Of a stretch of DNA of 64,000 nt, positions 13,101 to 26,749 are shown piece after piece (within the stretch, counting starts at the first letter, position 1; the number at the start of each line of letters is the position of its first letter). This stretch comes from Eledone cirrhosa. Taxonomy: Eukaryota. The stretch is from positions 367,846,001-367,910,000 of the forward strand of contig OZ024740.1 of assembly GCA_964016885.1 (NCBI GenBank). Reading direction: 5' to 3'. Under the pieces are notes generated by a model, which was given only the letters and a program-made list of their open reading frames with translations, did not search any database and was not told the origin of the DNA. Both the position numbers and the translations under genes were made by a program.

Positions 13101-13470
13101 ATGATAATTTTTACTTGGAACATAATCAAATGATGCATTTGTTAAAGATTTAACAGAACTACGTTGTTCAGCATACATTGATCTTTTTACTTGAGTTACA
13201 ATTTCTTGTTCGGCCCTTGTCTCAGAATGTCTTGCTTCATTATGAGAAATTCTATTTTCCTCTCTTCTTTCTTCTGTCAAATTTCCTCTCAACTCATGGA
13301 GAGCTAACCTGTTTTCTTCTCTAATGTCAATTCTCCTTTGAATTGAGAGCTTTTTCGTCTTTGTATGATACTCTCGATTTCTTGCTCTCTGAATTTCTTT
13401 CTCCTCTTCATTCCTTTCCTTTCTCTTTCGGCGCTTTTTTTTTTAGCTATTTGAAATGTTCCTTACATCA
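10120..13470 (-). mobile_element. decayed Helitron RepHel gene (Zn finger, HUH Rep, Pif1-like helicase)
   Basis: Motifs in order on the minus strand: CKHCCAKLFKDE..CCSNGKV; YGRRDLFITFTCNPKW..RHDIFARVF; VEWQKRG; LDAP..TGKTFL; AVASSGISATL; GDFRQILPVVPRG. Many stops and frameshifts. Confidence 0.93.
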
Positions 13471-14649
13471 TTAATATCATTGTTGATTAAGTTATTAGTT
13501 GCATTGAAAGGATTATAAATATTATGCACTGTATTAATATTGATATCGTAATTTTCTGAAGTGACACTGTTGTTAAATGAATTTGTGTCGTTTGCTTCCA
13601 TGGCGATAAAATATGGATGACAAAGGAGAGTAAGATGAAATAAGAAAGGTTTGGAGAAGAAAGAATAGAGTGGTCCAATTGTTCAAACAAAGGAAACCCT
13701 GATAATGAAATTAACGATTTCCACAGATACGTTCCCTCTTAGGAAATTTGTCCGAGAATCAAATTCACGACCTAATAGTTTCTTTCTGTATTTGTTCTAT
13801 TCGTATATATCATTCCAGCGGACGACAATTACTTGTGTGCATGAGCAGGCTTGCGCGTGTGTGTATGCGTGTCAGTGTCATAGTATACATCCAATCATGT
13901 AATTCTCATCCCTAAGCAAATATACAGCCTCTCGCTCTCTCTGTCTCTCTCTCTCTCTCTCTATCTCTCTCTTTCTCTCTCTCTCTCACACACACACACA
14001 CATGCTCACGCACACACACACACACACACACATACACATACACAGACACACACACAAATACACATATCTCAATATAGCGGTGTTGGTGGGAACGAGTCGT
14101 GGTAGCAATAAGAGTATAGACAACAGGGACAGTATGAGTAGGTGTGTGTCGTCATAAGATAGACGGTGAAGAAAGTTTTGAGATAAATAGATATGTAGGT
14201 AGATAGATAGATGTATCTGATTGTAATAATTATTTTTAACAAAACAGATAGAATGTGGAGGGTAATGTCAAGTTAATACACTTCTCAATGTTATCTAATG
14301 CTTGAAATTTAAGATGTGACATCCATCATCGTATTTGGATGCATTTGGTTTGAGTTACTGAAAGAACGCTGGTTTGTTTATGTATAGTTACTGATAGAAC
14401 GCTGGTTAAAAATAAATTATCACATACACACACATCTACACAAACATATACATAAATAGGCTAATTTGATAAAATAATTATTACATGCGCACACATATAT
14501 ATGTGTGTGAGTATGTATGTGTGTGTGAGTATTTATATGTGTGTGTGTGAGTGTGCCTGTTTGCCTTAGTATGTGTGTGTGTGAGTATTTGTATGTGTGT
14601 GTGTGTGTGTGAATGCGATTGGCCTGCGCCCTGTCCTGAGAGCCGGAGA

Positions 14650-16217
14650 ATGGACGAACAAAGATTGCATATTCTGAGACACCAAATATGGTCCAGAAAA
14701 GAGCGCACGTTGAAATTTGTAACCTGGAACATCACAACCATTACAGGTAAGGAGCAGTAACTAGTGGACGAGGCTAGATGCTACTGTCTAGATATAATAG
14801 AAGTTTCTTCAACAACGTTCCGTGACTCTTATACTGTAGATTTGGACGGAGGCTGGGAACACTACTACACGGGCGTGGCGCCAGTAATGATGGAAGACGC
14901 GGATGTGGAGAAACTCGCAAAACCCCAGCTGTCAGAATATGTTATGGACTGGAGTCGGAATATAGGCCCTTCTTTCATGAAGTCATTATAGCATTAGATG
15001 TAGTTAGGACAGGATTATGTATCCAGATGGCAAACGTCAATGCACATGTTGGCACAGGCCAGCTGACATTGAAAGGACTGATAGGAATGAATGGTGACTC
15101 CGATCTAAATACGAATAGAAACGGCCTACAAAGCTTTACTTGGAAATAAGTCCTCCTTGCTCTTGCGGACAAGCAGGCACGGAGAACCGCAGTAAAGAGT
15201 AAAGGCGTAAAAAATTAAGACATGGGAGGACTATATGGTGAAGCTGAAATCCGACTTCAGACTAGCAAATAAAGTCTTCTGGCAGACCATCCGCCGATTT
15301 CGGAATAAGAAATCCTTCTCCAAACCTGTTATCAGAAACGCGCCTAGGGTTTTCCTATCTTCAGAGAGATGCATTCTCGCGAGGTGGAAAGCATAGTTTT
15401 CTAAACTCATAAACGCAATCACAACACACCTTCTGATAAATAAGAGGTGCATCTGCGAGTGGTGAAAATTCTCTATGAAGTTGAGGCCGTGAGAGTTGCT
15501 AAAGAACTCAAATGTAGCAAGGCCACTGGAGACGATGAGAGCTTGTCCGAGATGTTAAAATCCTGAATAAGAGAAGATATTCTCTGACTGAATAGTATGT
15601 GCCGGGTGAACGGGATCAATTGAAATACACCTAAGATATTTTCAAAAGGGTAGACAAGAAAGATTGTTCCAATTACAACTGGATCTCCTTGTTATGCCTC
15701 CCCGGTAAAGTCTATACTAAGAGATGCAGGGAGATTGTCGAGTCCAAGTTAGCTGATTAACAGTGCGTGTTTTGCAACACAGCCGGTCTTCGAGAAGTCT
15801 TGGTAGAAGAAATCTTGGCCTTACATACGGCCATGAATCTTGTGTAATGATCGAAAGGCTACGATCGTGAATACAAGCAGCCGAAATGTGATTTCTCTGG
15901 AGGGACTTTGGAGTAACGTTACTGAGAACGTCACAACAGCTAGCGTCACTACATCTCCGAAGTGAGAAATGACTGCTCCGATACAATGGACATGTGGTTG
16001 GAATATGTCAGGAAAAAATTGCTTGGCAGATTTTACGGGCAAAATCAACCGTTAGGAGACCCAGGGGTAGAGCCTGAGCACTATTGTTGGATAACATCCA
16101 TGAGCTTAAGCTGGTCTCACCGGATCAGTTGGAGACGGTTGCTTCTGACAAACACGCTGGAAGAAGTGATTGACGTCTCTTCCCCCACGAGCCTCTCAGG
16201 AGTATGTGGGCAAAGAA

Positions 16218-16220
<3 letters not shown>
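14650..16220 (+). mobile_element. decayed, internally deleted RTE-clade (Rex3/Expander-like) LINE
   Basis: APE start TWNITTITGKEQ*LVDEARCYCLDII; RT-region remnant KKDCSNYNWISLLCLPGKVY near 15650-15720; 3' end abuts (TA)n. Confidence 0.75.
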
Positions 16221-16285
<65 letters not shown>

Positions 16286-16434
16286 ATATTGTTATACTTT
16301 GGGAGGGTCATGTTGCCAATAAGAAACACACGCACCAGTTGCTTTCACTTCAATTTATTATAATAAATTTATAAATTTAGGAATTTATAAATTTCCGGTT
16401 GGTTGGTTCCACAACCAGATAGTTGTTTATATAT

Positions 16435-16479
16435 TGTCAAAGTTCTTTCGTCACATATTATGTGACCTCTTCAGTGACT
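16435..16479 (-). ncRNA. minimal hammerhead in Naiad A pseudo-LTR
   Basis: GTCA-CTGAAGA-GGTCACATA-A-TATGTGAC-GAAA-GAACTT-TGAC. Confidence 0.75.
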
Positions 16480-16677
16480 GGGGATTCTTTTCTTTGTTTT
16501 TGTGCCACTCCTTTGTTCTGTCCTACGCCATTTTGTTTGTGTGTGTGTTGTGTCCTCAGTCTGCGCATGCGCCACATCCGGGTGTCTGTGTGTGTTCATA
16601 TTCGTTTATTTATTTGTTTATGTACATGTTACCGGTTGGTTGTTTGTTCTATGTGCGTGTGTGTTTTCATTTTGTCC

Positions 16678-17985
16678 TTAATTGTAAGTTGTGATGTTGC
16701 TGTTCCACTCATATTTTCTATTTAATTTTGGTTGTAATTCTTTTATGTTTATTGCCTCTGTGATTTGTCTAAACATTGCGTCTTTTCTGTGTGTAGATTC
16801 TATTTTTATTTCTATGTTCTCTAATTTACCCTTATGTTATATTTTAGCATGTTGGTAGAGTACAGATGATTCTTTACTATCTTGAAGGTCTCGCCAGTGT
16901 TCATTTATCTGTTCCCCTACACAGCGAGCTGTCTCACCTATGTACACTATATTTTTGTCTCTACATTGTCCTTCAGTACATCTTATGCTATATACTACAT
17001 TTCTAGTTTTACAGTTAATATGGGGGCTTATTTTACAGGTTATACATTTCTTATCTATACAGGGGAGTCTTTGAAAAGGGTATGTCTTGCTAATAAGTGT
17101 TTTTACGGAGGTACCTGGTCTTTCTACTATCTTAATATTGAGTTTATGTTTATCTAGGGCTCTTCTAAATCTGTAAGCTAATTCACCTCTAGGGGTTGTA
17201 TCGAAGAACATTACACTCTGGTATTCATTGCTATCATACCATGAGTTTATTCTATTAGCCTTATTCCTAGTTCTTTCTATTCTATTCCAAAATTTACTCC
17301 TATACAAGGGGCAGGTCCCATTTGTGTCAATATTTAACATTTTTTCCCATTTGGTTCTGGCTCCTCTATACACTCTGATTTGATCTCTCTGATTATAACC
17401 AGGGAACTGCATACGGTGGATGAAGTGTTGTATGTGTCTCTCTAGTTCTTCGGGGTTGCACATGCGTGGCACGTTTCTCATCACCCGTACCAAATCCCCA
17501 ATCAGTATGTTGATTTTGGTATGGTCCAAAACAGCTGAGTTTCGGTGGATCAGATGCTTGGAAGTCATGGGTTTGGCATAATGGGAATGGAGGATCTCTT
17601 TTTTGTTATTAATGGTATCTAACCAGAGGTCTGTGTCTAGTACAGGTAATCGATGGTTGGGGTGTTTACTTGGGTAGTCTATAGTAAATCTAATACTCGG
17701 GTGGATGGAGTTAGCTATTTGCTGGATGCTTCCCATTGTGTTTTTCTCTAGTTCCTGACTGTTCTCTAGTGGGGGTGTCTTAACTACGATGTTTATATCA
17801 TCAACGTAGCGGGAGTACATTATCAGGGTTAAGGGGTCTTCTAATTGTACTTTAAGTTTAAGTTTAAGTCTATTGTCCCACCATACCATGAATAAGTTAG
17901 CTATGTCGCCTGCAATACTAACACCAATGGCTGCTCCTTCCTCTTGGGCATATGTTTTTTGGGGCATATGTTTTTTCATTAAATC
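16678..17985 (-). pseudogene. Naiad-like reverse transcriptase / GIY-YIG endonuclease, 5'-truncated, premature stop at 16837-16839
   Basis: GAAIGVSIAGDIANLFM, YSRYVDD, HYAKPMTS, CxxxxCxxC, VVYSIRC..YIGETAR. The TAA here is GAA in the copy at 52538-53353. Confidence 0.92.
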
Positions 17986-18174
17986 ACAGAGGCAATAAAC
18001 ATAAAATAATTGCAACCAAAATTATATAGAAAATATGAGTGGAACAGCAACATCACAACTTACAATTAAGGACAAAATAAAAACACACACGCACATAGAA
18101 CAAACAACCAACCGGTAACATGTAAGTAAACAAATAAATAAACGAATATAAACACACACACACAGCCGGATGTG

Positions 18175-18226
18175 GCGCATGCGCAGACTGAGCACACAAC
18201 ACACACACAGAAACAAAATGGCGTAG
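18175..18226 (+). promoter_or_regulatory. NRF1-like (GCGCATGCGC) plus YY1-like (AAAATGGCG) motifs in the pseudo-LTR
   Basis: Motifs at 18175-18184 and 18215-18223. The same pair occurs in the same order in family B at 3983-3993 and 4058-4069. Confidence 0.45.
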
Positions 18227-18268
18227 GACAGAACAAAGGAGAGGCACAAAAACAAAGAAAAGAATCCC

Positions 18269-18313
18269 AGTCACTGAAGAGGTCACAGAATGTGTGACGA
18301 AATAACTTTGACA
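18269..18313 (+). ncRNA. minimal hammerhead in inverted Naiad A pseudo-LTR
   Basis: GTCA-CTGAAGA-GGTCACA-GAATG-TGTGAC-GAAA-TAACTT-TGAC. Confidence 0.7.
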
Positions 18314-18520
18314 ATATATAAACAAATATCTGGTTGTGGAACCAACCAACCAACCAGAAATTTATAAATTCCTAAATTTATAAATGTGTTATAATGAATT
18401 GAAGTGAAAGCAACTGGTGCGTGTGTTTCTTATTGGCAACATGAGCCTCCCAAAGTATAACAATATCGGTTTCAACACACATTTTCAGATAAAGAATCTT
18501 TCTAAACAAATTCAGAAACG

Positions 18521-18595
<75 letters not shown>

Positions 18596-18597
<2 letters not shown>

Positions 18598-19100
18598 TAA
18601 ACGGAATAGAAAATGCTGACAAATTGTTCACAGTGAAAATAGTTTAATTAGGAATAAGTAAAACTTAGTAATAAGTATAGGTTAGTATTAAGTTTTGGTT
18701 TTAAGTTTTACCGGTTGCGCATTTCTAATGCATTTCAAAAATAATTTTGAGATAGAGCGTCCGTGATGTTTGCTCTGATCTGATTAGTTTGGGGAATTGT
18801 ACCTGTTTTTATGTTAAAAAAGTGGCCCCAGCGGTATTAAAATAAGTTTTGCGCCAATTCGTGTTGCAAAAATTCTTGTGGTCAAAACAATTTTGATTGG
18901 TCGGTAGAGGTCATGGGAATGTAAAAAATTGATTTTGCGCCAAATGTAGGTTTGTGTCGGCTGACTGAGAAATAAGTGTTTCACCACAAATATGTGTGTG
19001 TGTGTGTAGTAGTAGTAAAGAGGTTCGTTGTTGTGATAATGGTCAGCAGGGATGTGTGTGCGAACCGCAGCCTGTTGACTGTTCAAATTCCTATTAAGAC
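18596..19100 (-). mobile_element. family E PLE-type element, copy 2, with degenerate variant hammerhead
   Basis: Minus strand TTGAAAT-GCAT-TAGAA-ATGC-GCAA-CCGG-TA at ~18708-18740. Internal homology to 881-917 and abuts (TA)n. Confidence 0.5.
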
Positions 19101-19107
19101 AAGTGTG

Positions 19108-19142
<35 letters not shown>

Positions 19143-19170
19143 AGCAGAGTAATTCGTGGTAGAGGGATGG

Positions 19171-19484
<314 letters not shown>

Positions 19485-19512
19485 ATATGTGTATATATAT
19501 ATATATATATAT

Positions 19513-19735
19513 CATCATCATCATCATTTAACGTCCATCTTCCACGTTAGCATGGGTTAGACTGTTTTGTTCCACATCATGCGGGATTGGTTGGGAGACC
19601 GTGACTCGCTCGTAGGCAGGTTTTCTAAGGCTGGATGCCCTTGCTAACACCAACTACATTTACAGTGTGAACTGAGAGCCTTTTTGCTGTGTCTTCGACA
19701 CGACCACTTTACAGTGGACGGAAATGGGAGGTTGG
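19513..19735 (-). mobile_element. RTE-tailed SINE-like fragment
   Basis: (CAT)n-TTAACGTCCATCTTCCACGTTAGCATGGGTTAGAC tail followed by a GGCTGGATGCCCTT motif. Confidence 0.55.
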
Positions 19736-22134
19736 AGAATATATATATATATACTGAAAACTGTTTATATCTCTGTGGAGAATTTAAATGCCTCAAATGT
19801 TTTCGAAATTATTTGTTTTTTGTTTTTAAATTCTACGTATTAAATTTAACTTATTGTAAACAATTGTTTTTAAATTTAATATCGTGTCATGAAATATGCG
19901 AGCAATACAATATTGTACAATTTATTAATCCGGTTCACTTCAGCTGCTATAGTTTAAATCGATTTTCTTCTAATATTTCACTTTTGACTCACATTACTCT
20001 ATCATCCTAACATTAAATTTCGAAAGTATTTCAAAGAAAAATATTAACTATCACTACTTTACCATTATAGGTGGTAGGAGCACAAGCAATAGGCAAATGA
20101 TATTCCTCCAAACTAAGTAAACGAAAATATTATAAAATACAGTGCAAACGTAAAACACTATTAAAAAAAAAAACACATTAGTTTCTACGTAACAAATATC
20201 TCACGGGTTTAGATATCAAATGTTATGTTCGCCTGATTAAAACACTATTTGATGGATTGAATTATCTACTTGATAAACGCCATAGCTAGTATATTAATGT
20301 AGAATAATCAATTTAGGTAAATAGATATTTCGATACGGGCTCAATTCCTCTTTTGCTGCTTTCAAACGAATAGCTCTACCAATATTCAGAAGTTTTTTTT
20401 TTAATATTGAAATGTTTTCAATTATGCACCCTAAAGTGAAATGTATTTAAACGAAAATGAAGATTCACATGTATTTTGGTATGATATATTTTCACGAGGG
20501 ATTATAATAGAGAGAGAATTAATTTTACAAATCATCGTTCTTATGTTATCTATAAAGATGTTGTTTTAACTTATCAATATATACGTTTTTATACGAGAGT
20601 AAAAGAAAATGAATGCGATGTAGACCCATCCCATGTAAATCTGAAAGAGCAGGACATTAATTATTAGTGTTCCAGTCATAACTGAGTCATTTTTGGGGCA
20701 TAAGGGATTAAACCATTGAACATGTCCTTTCTTCTTTTAAGAAGGTAGATTTGATATATCTAACATGTCAAGTGTCGATAGAGAGACATCGATTCCGAAG
20801 TAAATCATGGATTATGAAAGTTTCTGTTTGTTGTAGTAAAAGAATGAGATTAAATATGCAGTGCAACAAAAGATTAATATTTAGTTCATCGTGTTTATTT
20901 AAATGTATTCTAATCATTATTCAGATAAGCAGGTATAAGTTATTCTTAGAATACGTATGTTGTTGTTTTCAGGTCGTGTTTGTTCTATTTACAGAGCATC
21001 TAAGATATCTTCCATTTAAGTTTGAAATAGGCTTTACGAATCTTGGTGTATCACAGTTTTTTTATTATCTAATATTGATTATATTGAAATTCGTATATTT
21101 TTTCTTTTTTTTTTATCGAACCAGAAATAATAAAAAAAGATAAACACAAGATACTCTTCAATACCGAAAACATACATGACACCCAGTTTTTAGTATGTGT
21201 AAAAAGCGTTAAGAGTGTGAGAAAAGTAATATAATTTGACGTGGGCTGAATTGACAAAATATTTGATAACGTAGGCTTAATTGACGGGGATAGTCAAAGT
21301 AAACATTTTATCTCAGACTAGACAGTAATTATAATTTACAAGCATTGGTGAGAAAAAAAAAGAAGAATATGTCAGATATTAGCTCACTAAGAGAATTAGG
21401 GGATACGCACAATAATGCTGGGAAAATAAATAGTTTGAAGATTTGAGAAATTTATCGAACAACAAATATAAAATTAATATCAGGTTCACTGAATGAAAAA
21501 TATTGAATATCTATAAGTTTTATATGATAGAATTATGAAACAAATATTCCAATACTAATCAAGTCTGAACTTTAGTGAGTTTCTCACTGAGAAATATACG
21601 TTCCTGTAAAATCAATTTCATCGTGAGTTAAGCAATTTAAGCAAGTTTAATATAGGATTTTATCATATCAAAGACAAACCTATATTGAAGTACATATGAC
21701 GCACATTCTTATAGACAATTCTATGTGAATACTCGAGTAAATAGCGTTAACATCCCACACACATATATATACACACACCCCACACACATATATATATACA
21801 TACTTACATGTTTATGTAAGTTTGTCGTAGAGAGTATTATTCCATCTCAAAAGTTTCTGCCATTTTAACTTGTTTTATTATTTACCTGCTCGCTTCAAAA
21901 CCCTCAAATTTGTTGATTTTACTTGTCTAGCTAATTCAGTTATGCTTTTTACTTCCGCTATATTGGTTGTCATACGGTGTGTATTTCATAATTGCCTTGT
22001 ATTTTCTTAAATTTCTACAATTCTATATCAGTGGTGATAGTATAATTTCAATGTCAGAAGGTGGGTATTCAAAATTTAGTCATATTTATTTATGATTAAA
22101 TCTGCAAGTTCCTTAGCCTCCAGTGTATATTATA

Positions 22135-22480
22135 ATACTTATTATTATTCTCCACGCCCTTTCTAGGTGCCACGGCAAATTTCCCTCTATACCTGACCTT
22201 ATCCAGCATTAACATGTCATGTTTCCTTGCCTCTAGCCAGGTGTCATCTTCAAGGACATTATTCAGTGTGATGTTTGGTCTTCTAACTCATCTGTATACA
22301 TCTTGTTTCAAGAGCACGACTTTGTCAGCCGGTTCATTGTGACATTTCACATGTCCAACTGGATGTCATTGTAACTTTAACTTATTACTGCAAAATCAGT
22401 GCACTAATACCTTGTAACATATGTAATTTCTGAGAGCGTCAGGCAGAAGATTGTGTGGCACTTTTCAATGCTGCCCAAAC
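22135..22480 (-). mobile_element. decayed RTE LINE 3' end
   Basis: Minus strand VGHVKCHNEPADKVVLL and RRPNITLNNVLEDDT, then a (TAA)n tail. Confidence 0.55.
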
Positions 22481-23464
22481 ACACCGGTGAGATGAGATTT
22501 GCAGATCATTGCTGGTGAATTAATGAGCTTCCACCTCTCTCGAAATTGCTGAATACAGCAGGAAAAGATCCGGTAGAAAGCATCTAAATGTGAGAAAGCA
22601 GCGTAGGTTTTACAAACGTTTGGCAGTACAAAGTGATCAATGTTAGAATGCGGACGCCTTTGTCTCATACACATAAAAATCTTTTTACCTCTTTTCCGAG
22701 TAATTTCCTTCTTCGTATTTTTGTCCATTTACTATACCTGTCCCGTACTTAATTGATGAAACAATTCTGTCCTTTAATGCTTGCACGGTATTTGGACATT
22801 TCAAAATGAATTTGGTGATGGTCTTCAATATTCGAATGTACGCTAGTTTGACGATAATTCTTATTGTTTTGCTTTTTAATTTATCATGTTTTTGTCTGTT
22901 TCCAGTGAACTGACTCTTTCACTGTTTTGTAGTTCGATTCCATCACTCCTTACAAGCTTTCAAAACTTCATCTCTATTATTGCACACTTTGAAATGCTAA
23001 ACTCCATCACAATGTCTTCAGAAAAAACTCTGATTGTTTGCATTATCATGCAAAGCTCTTTTAAATTACGACTGTATAGATTTAAGCAATGATTCATTTA
23101 AGTTGCTCCCATCTTTCCCTACAGTATATCCTATTAGAATGCAAAAAAAAAAAGAAAATCCTGATAAGTTCCCTCATCACTGCAGCTAAACGTGTTTCCA
23201 GCTGATGTCAATTCTACTTTTCATTTAGCCATGATTCTCTCTAGAGGTGTTGATATTGTTCAAAATATCAAAGCAGTGATGAATCCAAAGATACGTCACC
23301 ATATCATATACTTGTAATCAATCAAAGCAAATTTGTGAACGTCTTTTGGCAGTTCTTCAGTATCATTTTATCAATCATCTGTTGATCTTTCTGCTATTAC
23401 ACCTACACTCCTTTTACACAACAAGAAAATGTTCTCCTTCCATGTTTGTATACATTTCTTCTGG

Positions 23465-24260
23465 TAATATTATTATCATTATCATTCATAACACTTTTGC
23501 TCTGGGAGATGCTTTAACGACTCTGTACCAAAAGACTGAGTAATAGCCAATGGCCAAAGGACCTTTGAGTTATTCTTTCTTCAAGTTTCTAACACGCTCC
23601 TTAGAATCTTTGCTGTTCCTAGCTATGCTGGTTTCTACAATAATCCCGACATGCTGGTAATTCCTAGCTTTTCAAGCCATGCATGCAACCTTTTACTAAC
23701 TGCTGACAGTGTCTCTACCACAATCGCCACAACTTCTACTTGTCTGATTCACCAGTGTTTCGTGATTTCTCTCTGGTGCTTCAAGTATGTCTCAACTTTC
23801 TCACTTTCATTCTTAGTTATGCTCTGTTCCCACTGTGAAGCAATATCCACAATACTTACTTTGTTATTCTTCTTCTCTAAAACAACAATGTCAGGCTTTC
23901 TAGCCACGCTAAAATGGTTGCCCTAGATGGTCATGTCTCTTAAGATGTTATATTGTTCCTTTCAGCAGCTATGTTCAGTTGGTGCTAATGCCATTTCTCA
24001 ATTCCGCTTATGTCATACTCTTGACAGAGCTTCCAATAAAACAATCTTGAGATGCTGTCATGCCTTCTCTTGTACTCCTTCTGAGCAAACACCTTAGATT
24101 CAGTAAAAATGTAGTTTATTACCTCACCTTTATCACTGCAAAGTTGGCAAATCCCTAAATCGTTAATATTAAACTTGATATAGTCCGTTCAGAGTGTCTG
24201 TCCCTGGACTGCAAAAATAACGATTCGGGTTCATCTTTTAAATTGCATTTCCTAGTCCAT
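23465..24260 (-). mobile_element. R4/Dong-like non-LTR 3' fragment (restriction-like endonuclease)
   Basis: Minus strand ARKPDIVVLEKKNNKVSIVDIA...EKVETY...VVAIVV...LGTAKILRSVL, with a TAA/TGA tail at ~23465-23485. Confidence 0.75.
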
Positions 24261-24808
24261 TCCCAGGTCGTAATTTGGTCAACTGTCTAAGGAGTTTCAC
24301 ACACACATTGAAAATACGTTTATTTCTATTCAAAGTGTCATTATGTTTGTCTTCTTTAAAATGTCCCTTTTCAGTTTCTTGTGTCAGTCATTTGCAAGTG
24401 TAAGATAATTTTATCGACTAACATACTAAAAATTCAAAGATTTTTACCAAAGTTAGACATTTCCTCTTACATAATATCATATCTGCATGACGGCGCATAA
24501 ATATTATTTATTCACTCTGAATACATTTTTAATACAGGAAAGAATTGCTGAAGTTTATAAATTTCCTTTTTTAATGTCTTGTCGTTGAGGTATTGGTCCC
24601 CGTTATGACGTATTACAAGACGGGGCACGAGGTTATTGGGGGTAATAGAGGTAGAAAGAAGATAGGTATAGGATACTCCAGTGGGACGCATGAAAACAAC
24701 GTGGACTCTGTTGATATTACCCAACGTCAGGCTGGAGCATTAAATAGCGTGACAGAGTAGTCTTATTACAGTAAGAATAGGTACGCACACTGGATTCATG
24801 TCAAGTGC

Positions 24809-24882
24809 AATAGAATATCTTCTTTTATAGCCAGTATATATATATATATATATATACTGGCTATAAAAGAAGATATTCTATT
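24809..24882. repeat. perfect 26-bp inverted repeat around (TA)11 at a PLE 5' junction
   Basis: AATAGAATATCTTCTTTTATAGCCAG-(TA)11-CTGGCTATAAAAGAAGATATTCTATT. Confidence 0.95.
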
Positions 24883-26303
24883 TACGCGATAAACACCACA
24901 CTCGCTTCCTGCAACTCGACATAGAAAACTACTATGCCTCTATCTCGGAGCCCCTCCTGAAGGACGCAATTAACTTTGCCAGGAATTTTACCACCATTAC
25001 CGATGCTGAGCAAGTTATTATCCTCCACGCTCGTAAGACCTTTCTATACCACGACGGATCTTACTGGATCAACAAGAAATCTCAGACCCCATTTGACGTT
25101 AGCATGGGGGCGAGCGACTCGGCTGAAATTAGCGACCTTGTGGGCCTGTACATCCTACATAACCTGAAGAACCTCTTTACCGGCCTAACTGGAGGTTTAT
25201 ACCGAGACGACGGCCTCTTCGCCCTGCATAAGGTTAGCCCCAGAACCACCGATGGGTTTCGGAAAAACTTAAGCTCTTTCTTCTCTAATCTAGGATTTAG
25301 TATAACTATAGATTCTAATTTGACTAGGGCCAACTTCTTAGATGTCACTCTCGACCTAGATACTTCCCTCTATTACCCGTACCACAAACCTAACGAGTCC
25401 CTTAAATATATTAATGTTAATTCAAACCACCCCCAAAACATCACTGATAACCTAGTAAAAAGCGTCTCTATTAGAATATCTGGCCTCTCCGCCAACAAAG
25501 ATATTTTTAATGCATCTGCCTCCTACTACAATGACGCCCTAGCCCGTAGCGGATTTAAAGATAAGATAACTTACCTAGAAACCACCGCAAAATTGCAGAG
25601 GAGGAATAGACATAGGCAGATTAGCTGGTACAACCCTCCCTTCAATAGAGAGGTATCTACTCCGATAGCTAGGATTTTCTTCACTTTACTGAAATTACAC
25701 TTCCCCATACAACATAGGTACTACACCATCTTTAATAAGAACACTATAAGACTGTCTTACTCCACCACACCTAACCTAGCTAGGAATATAGCCAACCACA
25801 ACTCTAAACTAAATAAGCCAACCACCTCCGAAACCAATCCCCGGACTGGGGCTCTATGTAATTGCCTAAATAAGGAAGCATGCCCACTAGAAAACAAATG
25901 CCTCACAAATGACATCGTATACAAATGCGATGTCATCTCAGGCACCGAGGATTGCAAAAAAACTTACATCGGCATGACCTCCAACAACTTTAAGACCCGT
26001 TGGTATGCCCATACCCACTCCTTCAGAAGACCGGATAAATCAAATCAGACAACACTCGCCTCCTACGTTTGGGACCTCAAAAGGAACTCCACCCCCTTCA
26101 CGCTTAATTGGAAAATACTCCAGAAAGCGCGCTCTTACAACGGAGGACACAAGGGCTGCGACCTTTGTATTTCAGAGAGCTACGAAATTTTATTCGCCAA
26201 GGGCCCGCTACTGAACAAACTCTCTGAACACTGCCCGAACTGCATGCACAAGAACTTTGCAACATTCAAACACTTTAAGCCAGTGTTAAAGCCCGATGGC
26301 TAA
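24882..26303 (+). CDS. Hydra-like PLE reverse transcriptase / GIY-YIG endonuclease, 5'-truncated but open
   Basis: The frame is open upstream of the annotated ATG: FLQLDIENYYASIS (motif A), FDVSMGASDSAEISDLVG, LYRDDGL, CNC..CPL..CL, IVY..YIGMT..FKTRWYAH, CDLC, CMH. Confidence 0.92.
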   Translation, partial: LRDKHHTRFLQLDIENYYASISEPLLKDAINFARNFTTITDAEQVIILHARKTFLYHDGSYWINKKSQTPFDVSMGASDSAEISDLVGLYILHNLKNLFTGLTGGLYRDDGLFALHKVSPRTTDGFRKNLSSFFSNLGFSITIDSNLTRANFLDVTLDLDTSLYYPYHKPNESLKYINVNSNHPQNITDNLVKSVSIRISGLSANKDIFNASASYYNDALARSGFKDKITYLETTAKLQRRNRHRQISWYNPPFNREVSTPIARIFFTLLKLHFPIQHRYYTIFNKNTIRLSYSTTPNLARNIANHNSKLNKPTTSETNPRTGALCNCLNKEACPLENKCLTNDIVYKCDVISGTEDCKKTYIGMTSNNFKTRWYAHTHSFRRPDKSNQTTLASYVWDLKRNSTPFTLNWKILQKARSYNGGHKGCDLCISESYEILFAKGPLLNKLSEHCPNCMHKNFATFKHFKPVLKPDG

Positions 26304-26479
26304 AAACGACCTCCCCCTATTGGCCCCTATACCTCCTCCCCACCCTACCCCCACCCCTCCTCAACCTGAAACACGGCCACTATGGTTATGTGAGTACCTC
26401 TTTCGTATCTACATTTTCTGCCTGTAGAGGTGTCTTTATGTGCCTGCGTATATGCGTATATTTATTGAGTACCTATTTA

Positions 26480-26521
26480 CTTGTATGTGTATATATTTGT
26501 TTGTATATGTGTATATGTGTA

Positions 26522-26620
<99 letters not shown>

Positions 26621-26694
26621 GTTTGTGTGTATATGTGTTTTATGTGTGTATATTTGTGTATGTATATGTATGTATAGTTTTGTGTATATGTATG

Positions 26695-26749
<55 letters not shown>

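Larger units (their letters stand above)
16287..18522 (-). mobile_element. 5'-truncated Naiad-like PLE (family A, copy 1) with inverted pseudo-LTR
   Basis: RT plus GIY-YIG on the minus strand. ~17983-18465 is the reverse complement of ~16287-16762. (TA)n on both sides and an HHR in both arms. Confidence 0.93.

Noticed and set aside
16287-17985. Selenoprotein (Sec/SECIS) version of Naiad
   Set aside because: Some Naiads encode Sec, but no in-frame TGA occurs at Cys positions in the visible parts of either family. The ATGA in the conserved tail has no complementary helix II. The missing 5' half cannot be judged.
24640-24740. Possible hammerhead at GAAAACAAC..GTTGATA
   Set aside because: No CTGANGA-type core or helix II upstream.
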